A stretch of 62,948 nt of DNA, the filler included, from Reticulomyxa filosa (Eukaryota; Protista; Foraminifera): assembly GCA_000512085.1 (NCBI GenBank). It is 21 parts of 21 records of this genome, joined end to end, with 100 filler letters (N's around TTAATTAATTAA, not from the genome) between each part and the next. Parts side by side here need not be neighbours in the genome. Positions count along the whole stretch, not along the records: positions 12,024 to 14,194 come from ASPP01006982.1; positions 14,295 to 15,964 come from ASPP01036967.1; positions 16,065 to 18,000 come from ASPP01007241.1; positions 18,101 to 23,476 come from ASPP01037384.1; positions 23,577 to 26,535 come from ASPP01011965.1; 16 more parts are not named here. One strand, written 5' to 3'. The position numbers were made by a program, and so were the translations under genes. Under the pieces are notes generated by a model. The model saw only the letters and a program-made list of their open reading frames with translations. It did no database searches and was not told the origin of the DNA. Numbering within the stretch: position 1 is the stretch's first letter; every line of letters starts with the position of its first letter. Shown one piece after another: positions 12,107-24,413 of the stretch.

Positions 12107-13276
12107 GATGGAAACGAAAGATGGTGAATGTGGGGTACATTTCAATGGACTGGGCGAATAATAACCCCTTGTATGTATATATTGCAGTTGGTGGAGGCAG
12201 TGTAGGTGTGATCCTGCTGATATTTATGCTGTTGTTTTTATGGGAAGTTAAAACGTATTGCATTTATAAGCACATTCAAAAACAAGATAAAAATGCCAGA
12301 GATCATTATTTCCATTCTTTTGTTGGCACTATCATTTATGGCCACGGGCAATTCCGTTCTTCCAGTAACAAAGTGTCTATGGTTATTTACCTTATCTCAA
12401 ATCTTTTTTTTTTTTTTTTTGCTACGTATACATTATACATATATGCGTATGTACGTATACATACAGATAATGAGATTGCTGTGTGATACGCTATTTTTGG
12501 TGATATGTGACAAATTGGTGATGATTCTTTGCTGTACAAGAGATGGAAAATGGCGAATGGATCCAGAGGTAACATGTTGGACCGGAATGCATTTAAAAAT
12601 TGGTACAATTGCGTTGATTGCATTAGCGTATTACATTCCATTTTGTATAATGGTGGCTCCAATGTTTGTCGAGTTCCCTACTCCATTGACTGGATCTTGC
12701 AAAGACTATTTTTCGCTTACTTCCACTGTTGAGTTTATCAAGCCTTATCTGTCGGTCATTACTTTGGCCAAGTCGTTCATGCTGATTTCGGCTCAACTTT
12801 TGAGCGAGGGAAAACCAATTGGTACCATATTGTCTCAGCTCGTCATATGTCTGGCCTTATTCATTTCCACTGTCCTCTGGTCGTGGAAGAATTTGAACTT
12901 GCAACAATATCACAAGGTATTCATGCCAGCATTTCCATATGGCGTGTCCATCATCAAATCCTTGGGATTTTTTGCTGGTATCATTGGCTCCGTTATTGAA
13001 CTGCTATTCGTTTATCAAGTCCTACCTGGCTCCATATTTGGACAGAAACTCGGCCAACAATCGATAGATATGCAGTACCTCTTGCTTTTATTTACTATTT
13101 CCTGTTTTTTTGCTGTCCTGTTTTTCCTCAGAGTAAAGCATACTGTCAGGAAAAACAGCCAAGGTAAGCAAAGTTTGTTGACTGAGACTGAAATTGAACT
13201 CCATAATACAACACGTGCTTCTCACGATGCGTCTTGGATTGTCTTTGATTCGGTTACCAAATGGTCCTGGAGATAA
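12107..13276 (+). CDS. Multi-pass membrane protein, C-terminal exons (~12107-12380 and ~12468-13276)
   Basis: Several hydrophobic helices and a C...W.MDP.V.CWTG.H loop, as seen in protist multi-TM receptor-like proteins. Intron with poly-T and TA repeats. Confidence 0.6.
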
Positions 13277-16200
13277 TAGTATTGTTTTGATTAAAGTATC
13301 CATATTTTTTCATTTTGTAAAGTTTTTGTACATTGCATTTCAAATGAAGTGTCAAATATTCCAAATAGTGTTTTAGAACTCATTCACATTTTTGTTTTGG
13401 GGAGACAAAAAAAAAGTCAAATAAAAACTCTCGAACAAAAAATTCATTGAACAAATTAATACTTTTCGAAATATCGTTCTCTAATTATTTGTGAATGATG
13501 GTACAAAAGTACACCATAATGTCGCCATCATTGACAATGCAAGAAGATTATGAACTATGCAATCAACAGAATCAGACGCGTCTGACGACAACCAATGGCA
13601 AAGTGATAATCATGACATCGAGCACAAACAAGAAGTAACAAAGAAGGGATACATTCCAGAAACATTGGGACAGAGAATGAGGATGCGGAAGTACGGAAGC
13701 AGCAAAAATAATTGAAGAAGTTTTACATAATAATGAGCATAAGTTGATTGTTATTGCTTATAACACACCAGAATGGAAAAGAATAAAAAATGATTATTCT
13801 TTTTCAAATTTTTCGTTTACAAAAAATTGGTGAATATTGAGAAAACGTGATAAATATTATGAATAATTATGAAAGAGACAGTATGTTTATTGCCAATTAT
13901 ATCATAACTTAGAGAGATCCATTTATTTGAAAAAGCAATCAAAATTAAATTGAATTTATGTAGTGAAAATAGCTTAAGCTTTTTTCTTTGTTAATAAATA
14001 TATCAGATTGTTATTTGAAACATAAAAATAAAAATTGATTACAAACAAAAATGCAAAATTCTCTAAAAAAAAATAAGAGCTTTGATTCTTGAAGCAATTT
14101 GAAATAATCAGTTCAATTTATAATAATTTTGAAAATAAAAGCTTTCAATTTTTTTGAAGTTAAAAAATTGGCAATACGTACAAAAAATGTATTCNNNNNN
14201 NNNNNNNNNNNNNNNNNNNNNNNNNNNNNNNNNNNNNNTTAATTAATTAANNNNNNNNNNNNNNNNNNNNNNNNNNNNNNNNNNNNNNNNNNNNCAAACT
14301 GTAAGTTGGAGAATAAAGATACTCGTTTGAATCAACAAACATTTTTATTCACTGGCAAGTTATGATGAACTTTTGTAAAAAAAAACTTGGTTTGGAGTTG
14401 CAATAATTCTCCTTTTGTTTTAACGTTTTATTACTTTTTCCAATTGATTGATATTTCAAAATTCTTCTATTTCAATATTTTTCAAATTTTCAATCAAATA
14501 TTGTATCTCTAAGAAAAAAAATTTTAGGACTTTTTTTATGAATTCGGTCATCGTTATGCAAGGCTACTTGAGATTTTTTAAAGAAAAATGAATTAATTAA
14601 CTTTTTCAATCTCACACTTTGTTGGCCAATTACAAAAAAAAAAAAGGTTAATTCACTCTAGCAAAAGGCAAACATGTAAGAGAAGACACACTCTGGAAGG
14701 CGGACAATCCCTGTGATTCAAACGGATTTGTAGCTTAGCAGCGAATGAGATACAATAAAGAAGAAAGACAGCAAACGCGGAAAAATATAGAGTGGAATTG
14801 AAATGTTGAGACTGGATGATCAATCGGCAAGGATTGGGATGACTTTGTTGTTTGGTACCATGATCAAGAGTAAAATTGCATCGAGCATTGTCAAATTGCA
14901 AGATGCTCTCCACAAATACTCCATTCGATTCAATTTCTGAATGTCTTGCAGAAGAAAAGCACATTTGATATGGGCTGATTTTTCCATTACGGAGCATGGG
15001 TTGAGACGATTAAATCAATGGTATTTTGACAATTGTGAAGTCCCATTACATGTTACACTTTCTGTGTTTGTACAACATCATTGCTACATTTAAACAATAT
15101 GTTGACAGAATGTAGCAAACCAACTCCGCAATAATACCCATTTGTATACTTTAACCAAAGTGTCTCTTCATTCAAATCCATACATGTGTCTTTTCAAATA
15201 TTCCCAAAGTCCAAACAATGCCAGTTCTCATTTTGTGTATTTTCCGCTTGCACATTCCAAACATTATTTATCCTTTCGTGTCATATATTGTACAATTTCC
15301 AGATGAGCTATTTCACTGTTTTGCAATTTTTCATTCGCAGCGCATGAATTTGTGGGTCATATATTATTATTATTATCTTTATTGTTATTGTTTGTTCACA
15401 TTTTGATTTGAGTTGTAATTATTATATGAATTGATATTGTTAAAATTCCCGTAATTACTCGAATAACTTTGTTATTTTATTTATATTGCACGATGATATA
15501 TACATATATAGGTAGCTTATCTATCAAGTCCAAAAAAAAAAAAAGGAGTGTACATATCTCGCTTTTGGAGTGAGAGATTTGACTATGTTTATTTTTAATG
15601 TAAGAATAGTTATAAATATATAACTTTTATGTTTGTTTGTTTCGATATTCGTTTGGGACCTCTCTCCCTTGTCTCAATAAATAACAGGAATGTTTTCTTC
15701 TTCTTTTTATTGCCTGTGAACTTGGTGTTACTTTCTGTGTCGTATTGTGTTTCGGCTTTCTTTGTTTCATTTCCAAATTCGTCCTTTTGGTAAGGAGAAA
15801 TAACACGAAACTAGTTTTCATTAAAAAGATCTTGTTCAAATGTTTAGAATTTTAGATCTTTCATTAAAAAGAAATCTTTTTTTAGTCTAGAACTTTTTTT
15901 TTCCTGTTTGACAAAAAAAAAGTAACGAGTTATCTTGATAAAATGTGTAAATAAAAACAATTTTNNNNNNNNNNNNNNNNNNNNNNNNNNNNNNNNNNNN
16001 NNNNNNNNTTAATTAATTAANNNNNNNNNNNNNNNNNNNNNNNNNNNNNNNNNNNNNNNNNNNNAAAAAAAAAAAAAGGTCAAAATTCTAGAAAAAAGTC
16101 ATCCCACGGGTTCAAGTTAAGATAGCACAACTGCAAAGTGCTCTTTTGTTTGTCTATATCGTTGCTTGTTCCCGTTCTTTGCAAACTTGTTCAATGCTTC

Positions 16201-16293
16201 TTTCTTCGGATGTAATAATGCGTACATGTCCTATTGTCTGAGACCCATAAAAAAAAAATCAAGGATGCAAAAAAAAAAAAAAAAAAAAATAAG

Positions 16294-16953
16294 TGCGTTC
16301 AAGGAGTGGTTCTGCTCAATGATTGCACACCTGAAAGTGGTGGATTAATAGTGATCCCCAAATCACATTTATATCACGAAGAAGTATGCAACCGAATTAA
16401 ATACCCTGGTGGAGACTTTGTGCCGTTGCCAAGAAATGACCCGTTGTTTGACACTCTGCCCGATGGAGGAGTTTTGGTGCAATGCAAAGCTGGAGATTTA
16501 TGTTTGTGGGACTCGAGAACGGTTCATGCCAATCAATGCTCTACTCTACCTGATATCAATCCAATCACAAACCAACCATGGGAAATGCCCAAAGAGGGAT
16601 GGGACTTAATTCGAGTCGCGTATTATGTGTGCATGACCCCTCGATATAAAGCCACCAATAGTATCTTACGAAAGCGACTGAAAAGCTTTGCCTTGCACAT
16701 TACAAGTACACATTGGCCACATTATTTTGCCCATCGTCTTGGTACTGGCTATGTCCAGCATGATCCAAATTTTACGTTAAATGAATATCAACAATCGCTG
16801 GTTGGAAGGCCACGTCATTGGTGGGAGGAGTTGCATTGGCAGATTTACTATCAGTACGAAGTAGATATACCCTCTGCCTTTGTCAAGTGTTTGTGGATGG
16901 GTACCTTTGCTGCCATTGTCGCAAAGGCAATCAGGCCAAATCCTTCCCATTGA
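16294..16953 (+). CDS. Phytanoyl-CoA dioxygenase (PhyH)-family Fe(II)/2-oxoglutarate dioxygenase, 3' exon
   Basis: CVQGVV...GGLIVIPKSH, KAGDLCLWDSRTVHAN and a distal R (LIRVAYYVCM). Preceded by an A-tract plus AG acceptor. Confidence 0.8.
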   Translation, partial: CVQGVVLLNDCTPESGGLIVIPKSHLYHEEVCNRIKYPGGDFVPLPRNDPLFDTLPDGGVLVQCKAGDLCLWDSRTVHANQCSTLPDINPITNQPWEMPKEGWDLIRVAYYVCMTPRYKATNSILRKRLKSFALHITSTHWPHYFAHRLGTGYVQHDPNFTLNEYQQSLVGRPRHWWEELHWQIYYQYEVDIPSAFVKCLWMGTFAAIVAKAIRPNPSH

Positions 16954-17165
16954 ATATTGCTCATTTTTTTTTTATTTTTTATTTTTTAAAAAAAAAAGGG
17001 TGTTTTTATGTCATGGAAGTTTAAACAATTGTGAAATTGATGGAAATATTGAATTGTGATGCAATATTTTCTTACATAAATTTTTTTTTTTTTTTTGGGA
17101 ATGAAATAACATTTCAATTGAAATATGTCCGACAATAAAAAGCAAAACAAAACAAAATACGATAA

Positions 17166-17926
17166 TTACTGCTCGCAACAAACTCTACAAGGCAAACAAC
17201 ACTTCAAATACAACAAATGATATGTATTGAAGCTTAAGACTAAACAAAAACAACTGACAATGTTATCGATCATGATGCCTGCAGTGCTAATGACTGGATA
17301 AAGTGCCCAAAATACGAGTGACGAACTCACAGCAACACAAGTTAAAATAGTCAGCTTGATAATTAAATTCTTTGTTTTGATGACAGTGTTGTCTGCTTCG
17401 GCTTGACTCTCTTTGGCAATAGTCTTTGCAGTGTGCACCACTGATTTCATTTTATGAACAAAAGCGATCAGCAGAAAAATGGACATTCCTGCATCGCACA
17501 TCACTCCTGGACAGAGGGCAATGATTATGCGCTCTCGACTTAAACAATTGCTCGAACTGTAGTAATAATACCAGGCTAAGCTAAATGGTACAACAACGCA
17601 GGCTACCGCGACAGTGACACTGAAGAACTTGTCCGAATATGCGTAAACAGAATTTTTAAAAGTATGTTTCAAACGTAAGAAGAAATATCCGAACAGCGTA
17701 GTTCTTTGTGATAAAACAAAAAGAAATCGAATATTCGTAAAGTCACAAACTAATGTAACGTTTAAATATAGCAGCTGGGCTATCACTGAAGTCGAAAGCA
17801 AAAAAATAAGACCAGACAGTAATGATAAAAATACCAAAAGTACAGTGGGCGATATTGGTCTTCGCTTTCGTTTGGCTGGACATATTATGCAATGATATCG
17901 ATTTCCACCCCAACAATCTGTTTTGG
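17166..17926 (-). CDS. Serpentine (7TM-like) membrane protein, 5' end missing
   Basis: About six hydrophobic helices. C-terminal LIIKLTILTCVAVSSS...IDNIVSCFCLVLSF...Y pattern shared with 41702-42771. Confidence 0.65.
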
Positions 17927-18414
17927 CTTTTTTTTTTTTTTTTTATTATACATTTAAAAAAAAAATAGAACTTTTCTTTTTAATACAACCAATAACAATA
18001 NNNNNNNNNNNNNNNNNNNNNNNNNNNNNNNNNNNNNNNNNNNNTTAATTAATTAANNNNNNNNNNNNNNNNNNNNNNNNNNNNNNNNNNNNNNNNNNNN
18101 ATAAATGATACAAGATCTATTTTCACCAAAACAAATTTTAAAGTGAAATTATTGCTTCAATGTTGAAGCATGGATGTTATTTGTTGTTACTCTTTGTAAC
18201 GTATTGTATTATTTAGTACTGTATTCAATTTTGAGTGAGGTGCTTGTTTTGCAATATTTTGCCTTTGTGTCAATTTAACAAATTACATTCTTCTCATCTT
18301 CTCATCTTCTCATCATCTAATAGAATAGTTGTTCACTTTTGTTCGACATTCTCTTGTTTTGACTGTTCATTTTGAGTGTTTCGTTTGTTATCTTGTACAT
18401 ATCTGATCTCGCTC

Positions 18415-18667
18415 AAAATCGAAATATCAGATATACAACTAATAAAAAAGATTTTTTATCACGATAAAAAAAATTTCTTTTTTTAGTAGTTTGAAAGTAT
18501 TTTCTTTGTATCTTTGTCTTTGTTTCTGTTTTCGCCACGATCTTGTTGGCGACGAAAATCGTTGTTAATAATCGAAGATTAACTTCGAACTTCTTTCAGA
18601 TACTGCTAGATGTTGCAGTAGCTAGTTGTTCTGTGTTTGCCTTCCTTCAAAATACAACTTTTTTTTT
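18415..18667. repeat. Left arm of ~250-bp inverted repeat (partner 23238-23476)
   Basis: ttgaaagtattttctttgtatctttgtc...cgacgaaaatcgttgttaataatcgaagatta...ctgctagatgttgcagtagctagttgt...cttccttcaaaatacaacttttttt is the reverse complement of 23238-23476, apart from substitutions and a ~21-nt insertion. Confidence 0.92.
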
Positions 18668-18689
18668 CAAAAGTTTATATCGATGATGA

Positions 18690-20550
18690 AGGATTATTTT
18701 TATTTTTATTTTTTTTACAGCATAAGTCTTGTGGATTGTATCCCATTCGGAAACTCCATCCAAATAGGAATACCAATGATTCAAGCATTGCATTGCAACT
18801 ATTCTTTAACATTTGATTGTGGATATTATCTGGACCTTGCGCTTTGTACGGCAACAAATGTCTAATAGCTCAATGACTTCTTCTTTGTAATATCACTCAA
18901 ACCAATGAAATCATCAGCCAATTCCAATGGTTTAGATATTGCAACTTTATATCTCGACAATTTCATAATGCTTTTCATCCACATTTTTTGGATGTTGAGG
19001 GGGTTCTGAAAATGTTTTGCCAATAGACACGCTTTATCAGTATCTGCTCTTGCCACTGAATTTGTCTCTTTGTTCACCAATGCTGGAATAATACATATCT
19101 TATTGGTGTTCAATGCCTTGAATTGTGTGAATAAATTTTTTGTGTTTCCTTCATGCAGCGCATTTATGCTGTTTACCATATGTTGATACTTTTCTAATTG
19201 CAATTTCCTTCGCAATTGCTTGGCAGCTCTCTTACAGCATTAAATTCCTTGGTGTTCTTTGTTTACGAATCTGTTCTTTGAACTCACTTTCGTAATCGAT
19301 TTAGACTATCAAATGATCTTATTGCACATCCAATTCAACATCATCCGTCTTCCAATTACTAATCAATTGAAGAATAGACCAAACATAATGTGATATCAAT
19401 GCTTGATATCGCATTTTCTTTCATGAACTTGCAGTCAAATGGCAATGTATTGATAATGTGTAATCCATAATCGTGATGATTTAATCTGTAGCATTTTCTG
19501 CATTGCTTGAAATGCGACTTTAGACTTGATTTGTTTTTATCCAATCTGAATGTCAATATCTTAACGACATCATTAGAATTGGATAGCATCACTTTAACAA
19601 TTGGCATCTTATGTAATCGTTTCACTTCTTGAACATGATATCCATAATCCTCCAATGTTTCTTTTATCTCATTTTCACTTTCTTGGATTGATATACCTCG
19701 AAGCAGGAATGCTTATTTATTTCAGGATTGACCACTGCTTTCTTTTGTTCCGCAGCGAATATCTTGAGATAAATATCACATCTTGGCTGCTTTACAATTC
19801 ATCTTTACTTTCTTTTTGCATTCTTGATGTTGTTAAAATTATTTGCAAGTTGAATAAGCTGCTGCTCGCTAATATCAACCGCAAAATGGACAAATAGTGT
19901 GCGGAAATTTCCAGAAAATGTATTAGCTAATACCTTTTTGGACAGAATATTTTTATTCTCTGGACTTAATTGGAGTTACGACAATTGTTGGAGTATTTGC
20001 ACACATGAATTATCGTCGAACTTGCATATTCTTTTTCCACGTTCTCAAATGTAATCTCTTTTCTTTATTGTGTTATACATTTAAACTTGACACCGAGAAT
20101 ACTTTGCCTTCTTCAAATCATCATACATTAATCCACCATCTTATGTTTTCCTTTTTGTCTCGCTTCTTTTAGCGCTATTATGTCAATTTCCATTTTGTTC
20201 TGATTCGTTGGTATTTCAGGATTATGGGACAAAATACACCACTTGGAATTGGATCAAGAATCCAATCTAATGGTAAGTCAGACATGTTAACTATACTTAC
20301 GAACACTAGTGAACTATTAAATGCCTGTATGCATGGTGGCATTGGAAATAATTGGAAATGGAATTAATTGCAGTATAGCAATTAGTATAAAAACACCTTG
20401 CCTCGGCCGTCCGGATCACCTTCACAGCCTTGTTATCAGCGAGTGGGTTTCGGTTTTGCCCGAGTTCTGCCAAATACAAAAGACTGGTATTTCCCTCGAG
20501 ATTGCTAATTTCCCGAAAGCGTCGAATACTCTTAAGGTTAAAAAAGTATC
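18690..20550 (-). mobile_element. Decayed non-LTR (LINE-like) retrotransposon, copy 1
   Basis: ORF1 start ATG 20285; VLANTFSGNFRTLFVHFA; zinc knuckle QCRKCYRLNH; APE endonuclease C-terminus SSIDITL; linker DKACLLAKHF; RT-proximal KAQGPDNIHNQMLK...LVFLF..SF..GY.P. Many stops, frameshifts and internal deletions. Confidence 0.85.
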
Positions 20551-20569
20551 TATACCATCTCACACAAGC

Positions 20570-22200
20570 CGCCGTCTAAATTCTTCACATTTATTGCTTC
20601 TCAGATTCCAAGTCTCAATCTTTTGTCGTTCAATTCGTAGCGAAGATTACGTGGTTTTAATATTAAACGTGATTTGACACATCCAATTCAACATCATCTG
20701 TCCAATGGAAGAATAGTAAATAATGTAATATCAATACTTGATGTTGTATTATCCTTCATAAATGTATTTATTATGTAATCAATTGGACAAAATAAACTTA
20801 AGAATACATTCACCCACATCGTCAGTATTTTGATCCAACCATGCGGGATGATGTGCATTCCAACCTCCTCCAATAGGCATATGTAATTCTTGCTCGAATG
20901 CTTGAATATTGAATTGTTTATACTGCAGATTTCGATAAAAGCTTCAGAATAATCATGGTCAGGACAATATATTTCCACCCAACACGATTCGTAACCAAAC
21001 ACATTAAATATATCAGTCATGTTATTGAATGATCGTGAAATGTAATGTAAATTTCTTCGACATAACACTGATTTGGGTAATGTCACCATGATAATATGTA
21101 TATCCCTTTAATTTTGTTTTCACTTTCCCGAACTGGAACATTTCTCAGTCTTATTCAGTTCAGAATTGAATACTTCTTGTTGTTTCCTTTTTTTAATTTC
21201 ATCGACATAATTTCGTCGATATATTTGACATCTGGGCTGTCGTTTGGCTTTCTTGGATTTATCTTCCGATTTCTCATCTCCGTTTGACATCGTTTATTTA
21301 TTGTTGAATATTTCATATAATTCACATTCGCAGCAAAATGAATATAGACTGTTCTAAGATTGCCAGAGAATGCGTGAGCAACAACTCTTCGTGCCAATGG
21401 AACTTAAGCACTGATTTTGCTAACTTAAATTCTTTAGCTTAAATTGATGTAATCACTAATGTCGGTTAGATGAACATAGAAATTATGTCGAATTCTTGAA
21501 GGAAATTTCCACATGTTGTCAGAAGTGATTTCTTCATCTTTTTCTTATCCACTTCAGGTCGCACAGCGACTTGCACTTGCATTTGCGAATGTTGTTCATT
21601 CATTCTTTTTTCTTTGTATTCATATCATCATTTTCTGACAATTTCAATATCCATTGCTGATTTCGTTTGTTGACTTGATCTTGTGATAATGTAGTTCCAG
21701 AATCGTTAATACCAATTCCAGAATTTCCAAATAACTCATTCAACATATCCGATTCGTTCTATGCTTCAATGTCCATTGAATCCTTTAGAATTACAATAGG
21801 CACCATCACCAGTTTGATAATTTGCTTTCTGCAAATAAAAGTTTTAAAGCTCTTCTTTTCAATCGCAAAATACAGGCCGATAAAAGATAACTTCTTTTAT
21901 GATCCTGTGTTTCTAGGCCTGAGTATAGATAGCATCTCTCGATTACGTCTGCAAATGAATATATTCAACCCCATAACAACTCACTAATGAATGAGTGTGC
22001 TGATTATACCTTTATTGGACGTCTAGCCTTGCCAAAGGCTTTCTTGTTAGCACATCGCTCGATAAAAGACTCTCTTTTAACTGCGCGAAAGCCCCACCCA
22101 AAAATAAATTGCAACAAGTACGTTGCCAGATGGTAACAAAATAGTTGAAGCCACACCCCATTCACAATATTACAAAATCCAACTACTATAAAAATCTTTA
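20570..22200 (-). mobile_element. Decayed non-LTR retrotransposon, copy 2 (ORF1 and APE endonuclease relics)
   Basis: VVAHAFSGNLRTVYIHFA (homologous to copy 1 ORF1); ESCWVEI; GGWNAHHPAW at ~20839-20868 (APE GDxNAHH motif); SSIDITL. Shares cacatccaattcaacatcatc with copy 1 (19326 vs 20679). Confidence 0.8.
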
Positions 22201-22449
22201 TATCACTATAAAAAAAAATTTCACTAGTTGAAATTTCTTCTGATTTTGTATTGCGATATCTTGTTGGTTTGAAAATTGTCGAATTTTTCAGGATCTTTCG
22301 ATATCTTTTGAAATATCTACTTGATATTAGATCTTGCGAATCTTTCACTATAGATTTTTTTTTCTTTTCAATCTTCTTTTCTTCGTTTTGTTGCATACTT
22401 GTGCTATTTAATACAACTTGACATGTTGATTATTTATGCTTTGCTTTAT

Positions 22450-23120
22450 TCGAAATGTCATCCGTTAATCCATTATTTGGCTCTTTTGTCTTGTACCATT
22501 TGCGTTGACGTCAATATCGTTACTCGATGTCATTTTGAATTGTCGTTGGTGATTTCTGAGATTAGACATATCAATACAATATCCAATTTCCAATTTCACT
22601 AGTGGCTGACATGTTCGGAAGTACAGTTAGATTTGATTCTATGCTGTGTATTTTGTCAATATATTTCTTGTAGTATAGTCAATTAGTGCAAAAACGCCTT
22701 GCCTCGGCCGTCCGGGTGGCATTCAAAAGCCTTGTTATCAGCTAGTGAGTTTCAATTTTGCCCGGGCAGTAGAAGCTACCCGACCATTATAGTGCTGCTA
22801 AACGGAAAAAACCAGTATTTGCTTCGAATACCAATTTTTCAAAGGCGTCAAACACTCTTAAGACAACAATGTTCGACCTTCTCCCCCCTTTCCAGTAAAA
22901 GGGATACTATCACAGTTACCATGAGTTTGCACCTCGGTACTCTTAAAGCAACTTAGTACAAGATATGATTGAAGTTTAAACAAGCACACGCTACGCAGTT
23001 GCTAAACTGACGACACCACCGAAAATAAATTGTAACAAAATACGTTACCAAAAACAGTAACAAAATGGAAGAAGTCATAATATTACAAAATCCAATTATT
23101 ATTAAAAAATTTTTATTAGT
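22450..23120 (-). mobile_element. 5' fragment of a third element copy (5' module plus ORF1 start near ATG 22612)
   Basis: 22681-22862 aligns with 20381-20547; 23015-23110 aligns with 22095-22195. Confidence 0.65.
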
Positions 23121-23237
23121 TAAAAAATTCTTCTTGGCCCGAAAGTTCTTGCAGAACTTTCTTGGACAAAACGACTTTGGAATACTTGAAAATTTCAAGG
23201 TACAAGATATTGCGATTTTGCGCAAGATCATGTATCT

Positions 23238-23476
23238 AAAAAAAAAAAGTTGTATTTTGAAGGAAGACAAACACAAAACAACTAGCTACTGCAACATCTA
23301 GCAGTAATCTTCGATTATTAACAACGATTTTCGTCGTCAACAAGATCGTGGCAAAAATGAAACAAGACAAAGATACAAAGAAAATACTTTCAAACCACTA
23401 AAAAAAAGAAATTTTTTTTTAACTAGTAAAATTTTTTCTACTAGTTGAAACTTCAGATATCTGATATTGAGATTTT
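23238..23476. repeat. Right arm of inverted repeat (runs to contig end)
   Basis: Reverse complement of 18415-18667. Confidence 0.92.
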
Positions 23477-23749
23477 NNNNNNNNNNNNNNNNNNNNNNNN
23501 NNNNNNNNNNNNNNNNNNNNTTAATTAATTAANNNNNNNNNNNNNNNNNNNNNNNNNNNNNNNNNNNNNNNNNNNNTGTATGTACGCATGTCATGTATGT
23601 ACGTGTGTGTACGGGGGGGGGGGGGGGGGGAAAAATAGTGTTAGTAATTACTCGTGGATTGGATTCACCAAGTCACCTCCCACCACGTTTACTACGAATT
23701 GGTATGTTTGATCATATGTCACCATAAACATCTTTGTTAGACACATGTT

Positions 23750-24103
23750 TTGAGAGTAAGAGAGGACGCCATATGTGGACTGTGCTTGCTATTGAATCGA
23801 ACAATGGACAGGGACTCCTTCCTGGGCGGTGCCACTGACTATAGTCTAGGAGTGGGGCTAGGATCCACAAGCTTGAGTGTGTATACTTTGGGTGTCAGTC
23901 GAACAGTGACTACCTCCACCGCAGTTCAAAATGGAGACAAGTTCCGATTTATCATCAACGGCAAAAAGCAAACTTGTGACGTATTTCACAACAAAAATAA
24001 TTTGGGAACGATTTTCACTGGCATTTATGAAGAGGTGTGTCCAGCAGTGTCGGGAAACACCACCGCTAGTGAGGTCAGTATCCATTACAAACCATCCAAA
24101 TAA
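23750..24103 (+). CDS. SPRY/B30.2-like beta-sandwich protein, 3' exon
   Basis: GDKFRFIINGKKQTCDVFHNKNNLGTIFTGI...VCPAVS resembles the SPRY C-terminal pattern (GD.IG...D.....F.KNG..LG.AF......YPAVS). Confidence 0.45.
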   Translation: MRVREDAICGLCLLLNRTMDRDSFLGGATDYSLGVGLGSTSLSVYTLGVSRTVTTSTAVQNGDKFRFIINGKKQTCDVFHNKNNLGTIFTGIYEEVCPAVSGNTTASEVSIHYKPSK

Positions 24104-24413
24104 AGAATGTTGTTCGACGTCGTATCCTAATTTGTGGTCCTTTTTTTTTGGTCTCAAGTTGTAACAACATCCAAACAGTTCAAATGTTGGTAATTGTTTT
24201 TTAACTAAAACAGTGACCGTAAATCTTTCATTTGATAAAAGATATGCAAACTTTTTTCTCCTTTGTTATCTACGCTGTTCATTTATACAAAGGCTGTGGT
24301 TCAACAGAAAGTACACAGAACACTCTTTTTTCTCCACCACGTAAGAAAACCTCTTCTAAAAAAAAATCTTATAAATACTCCTCTGAATTTCGCGTTAAAA
24401 GAAAATATAAAAA

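Noticed and set aside
20381-20470. Hammerhead, HDV or group I ribozyme in the retroelement 5' module (GAAAC and CTGATAA present)
   Set aside because: The order and spacing of the core motifs do not allow the required stems; kept only as an unassigned conserved module.
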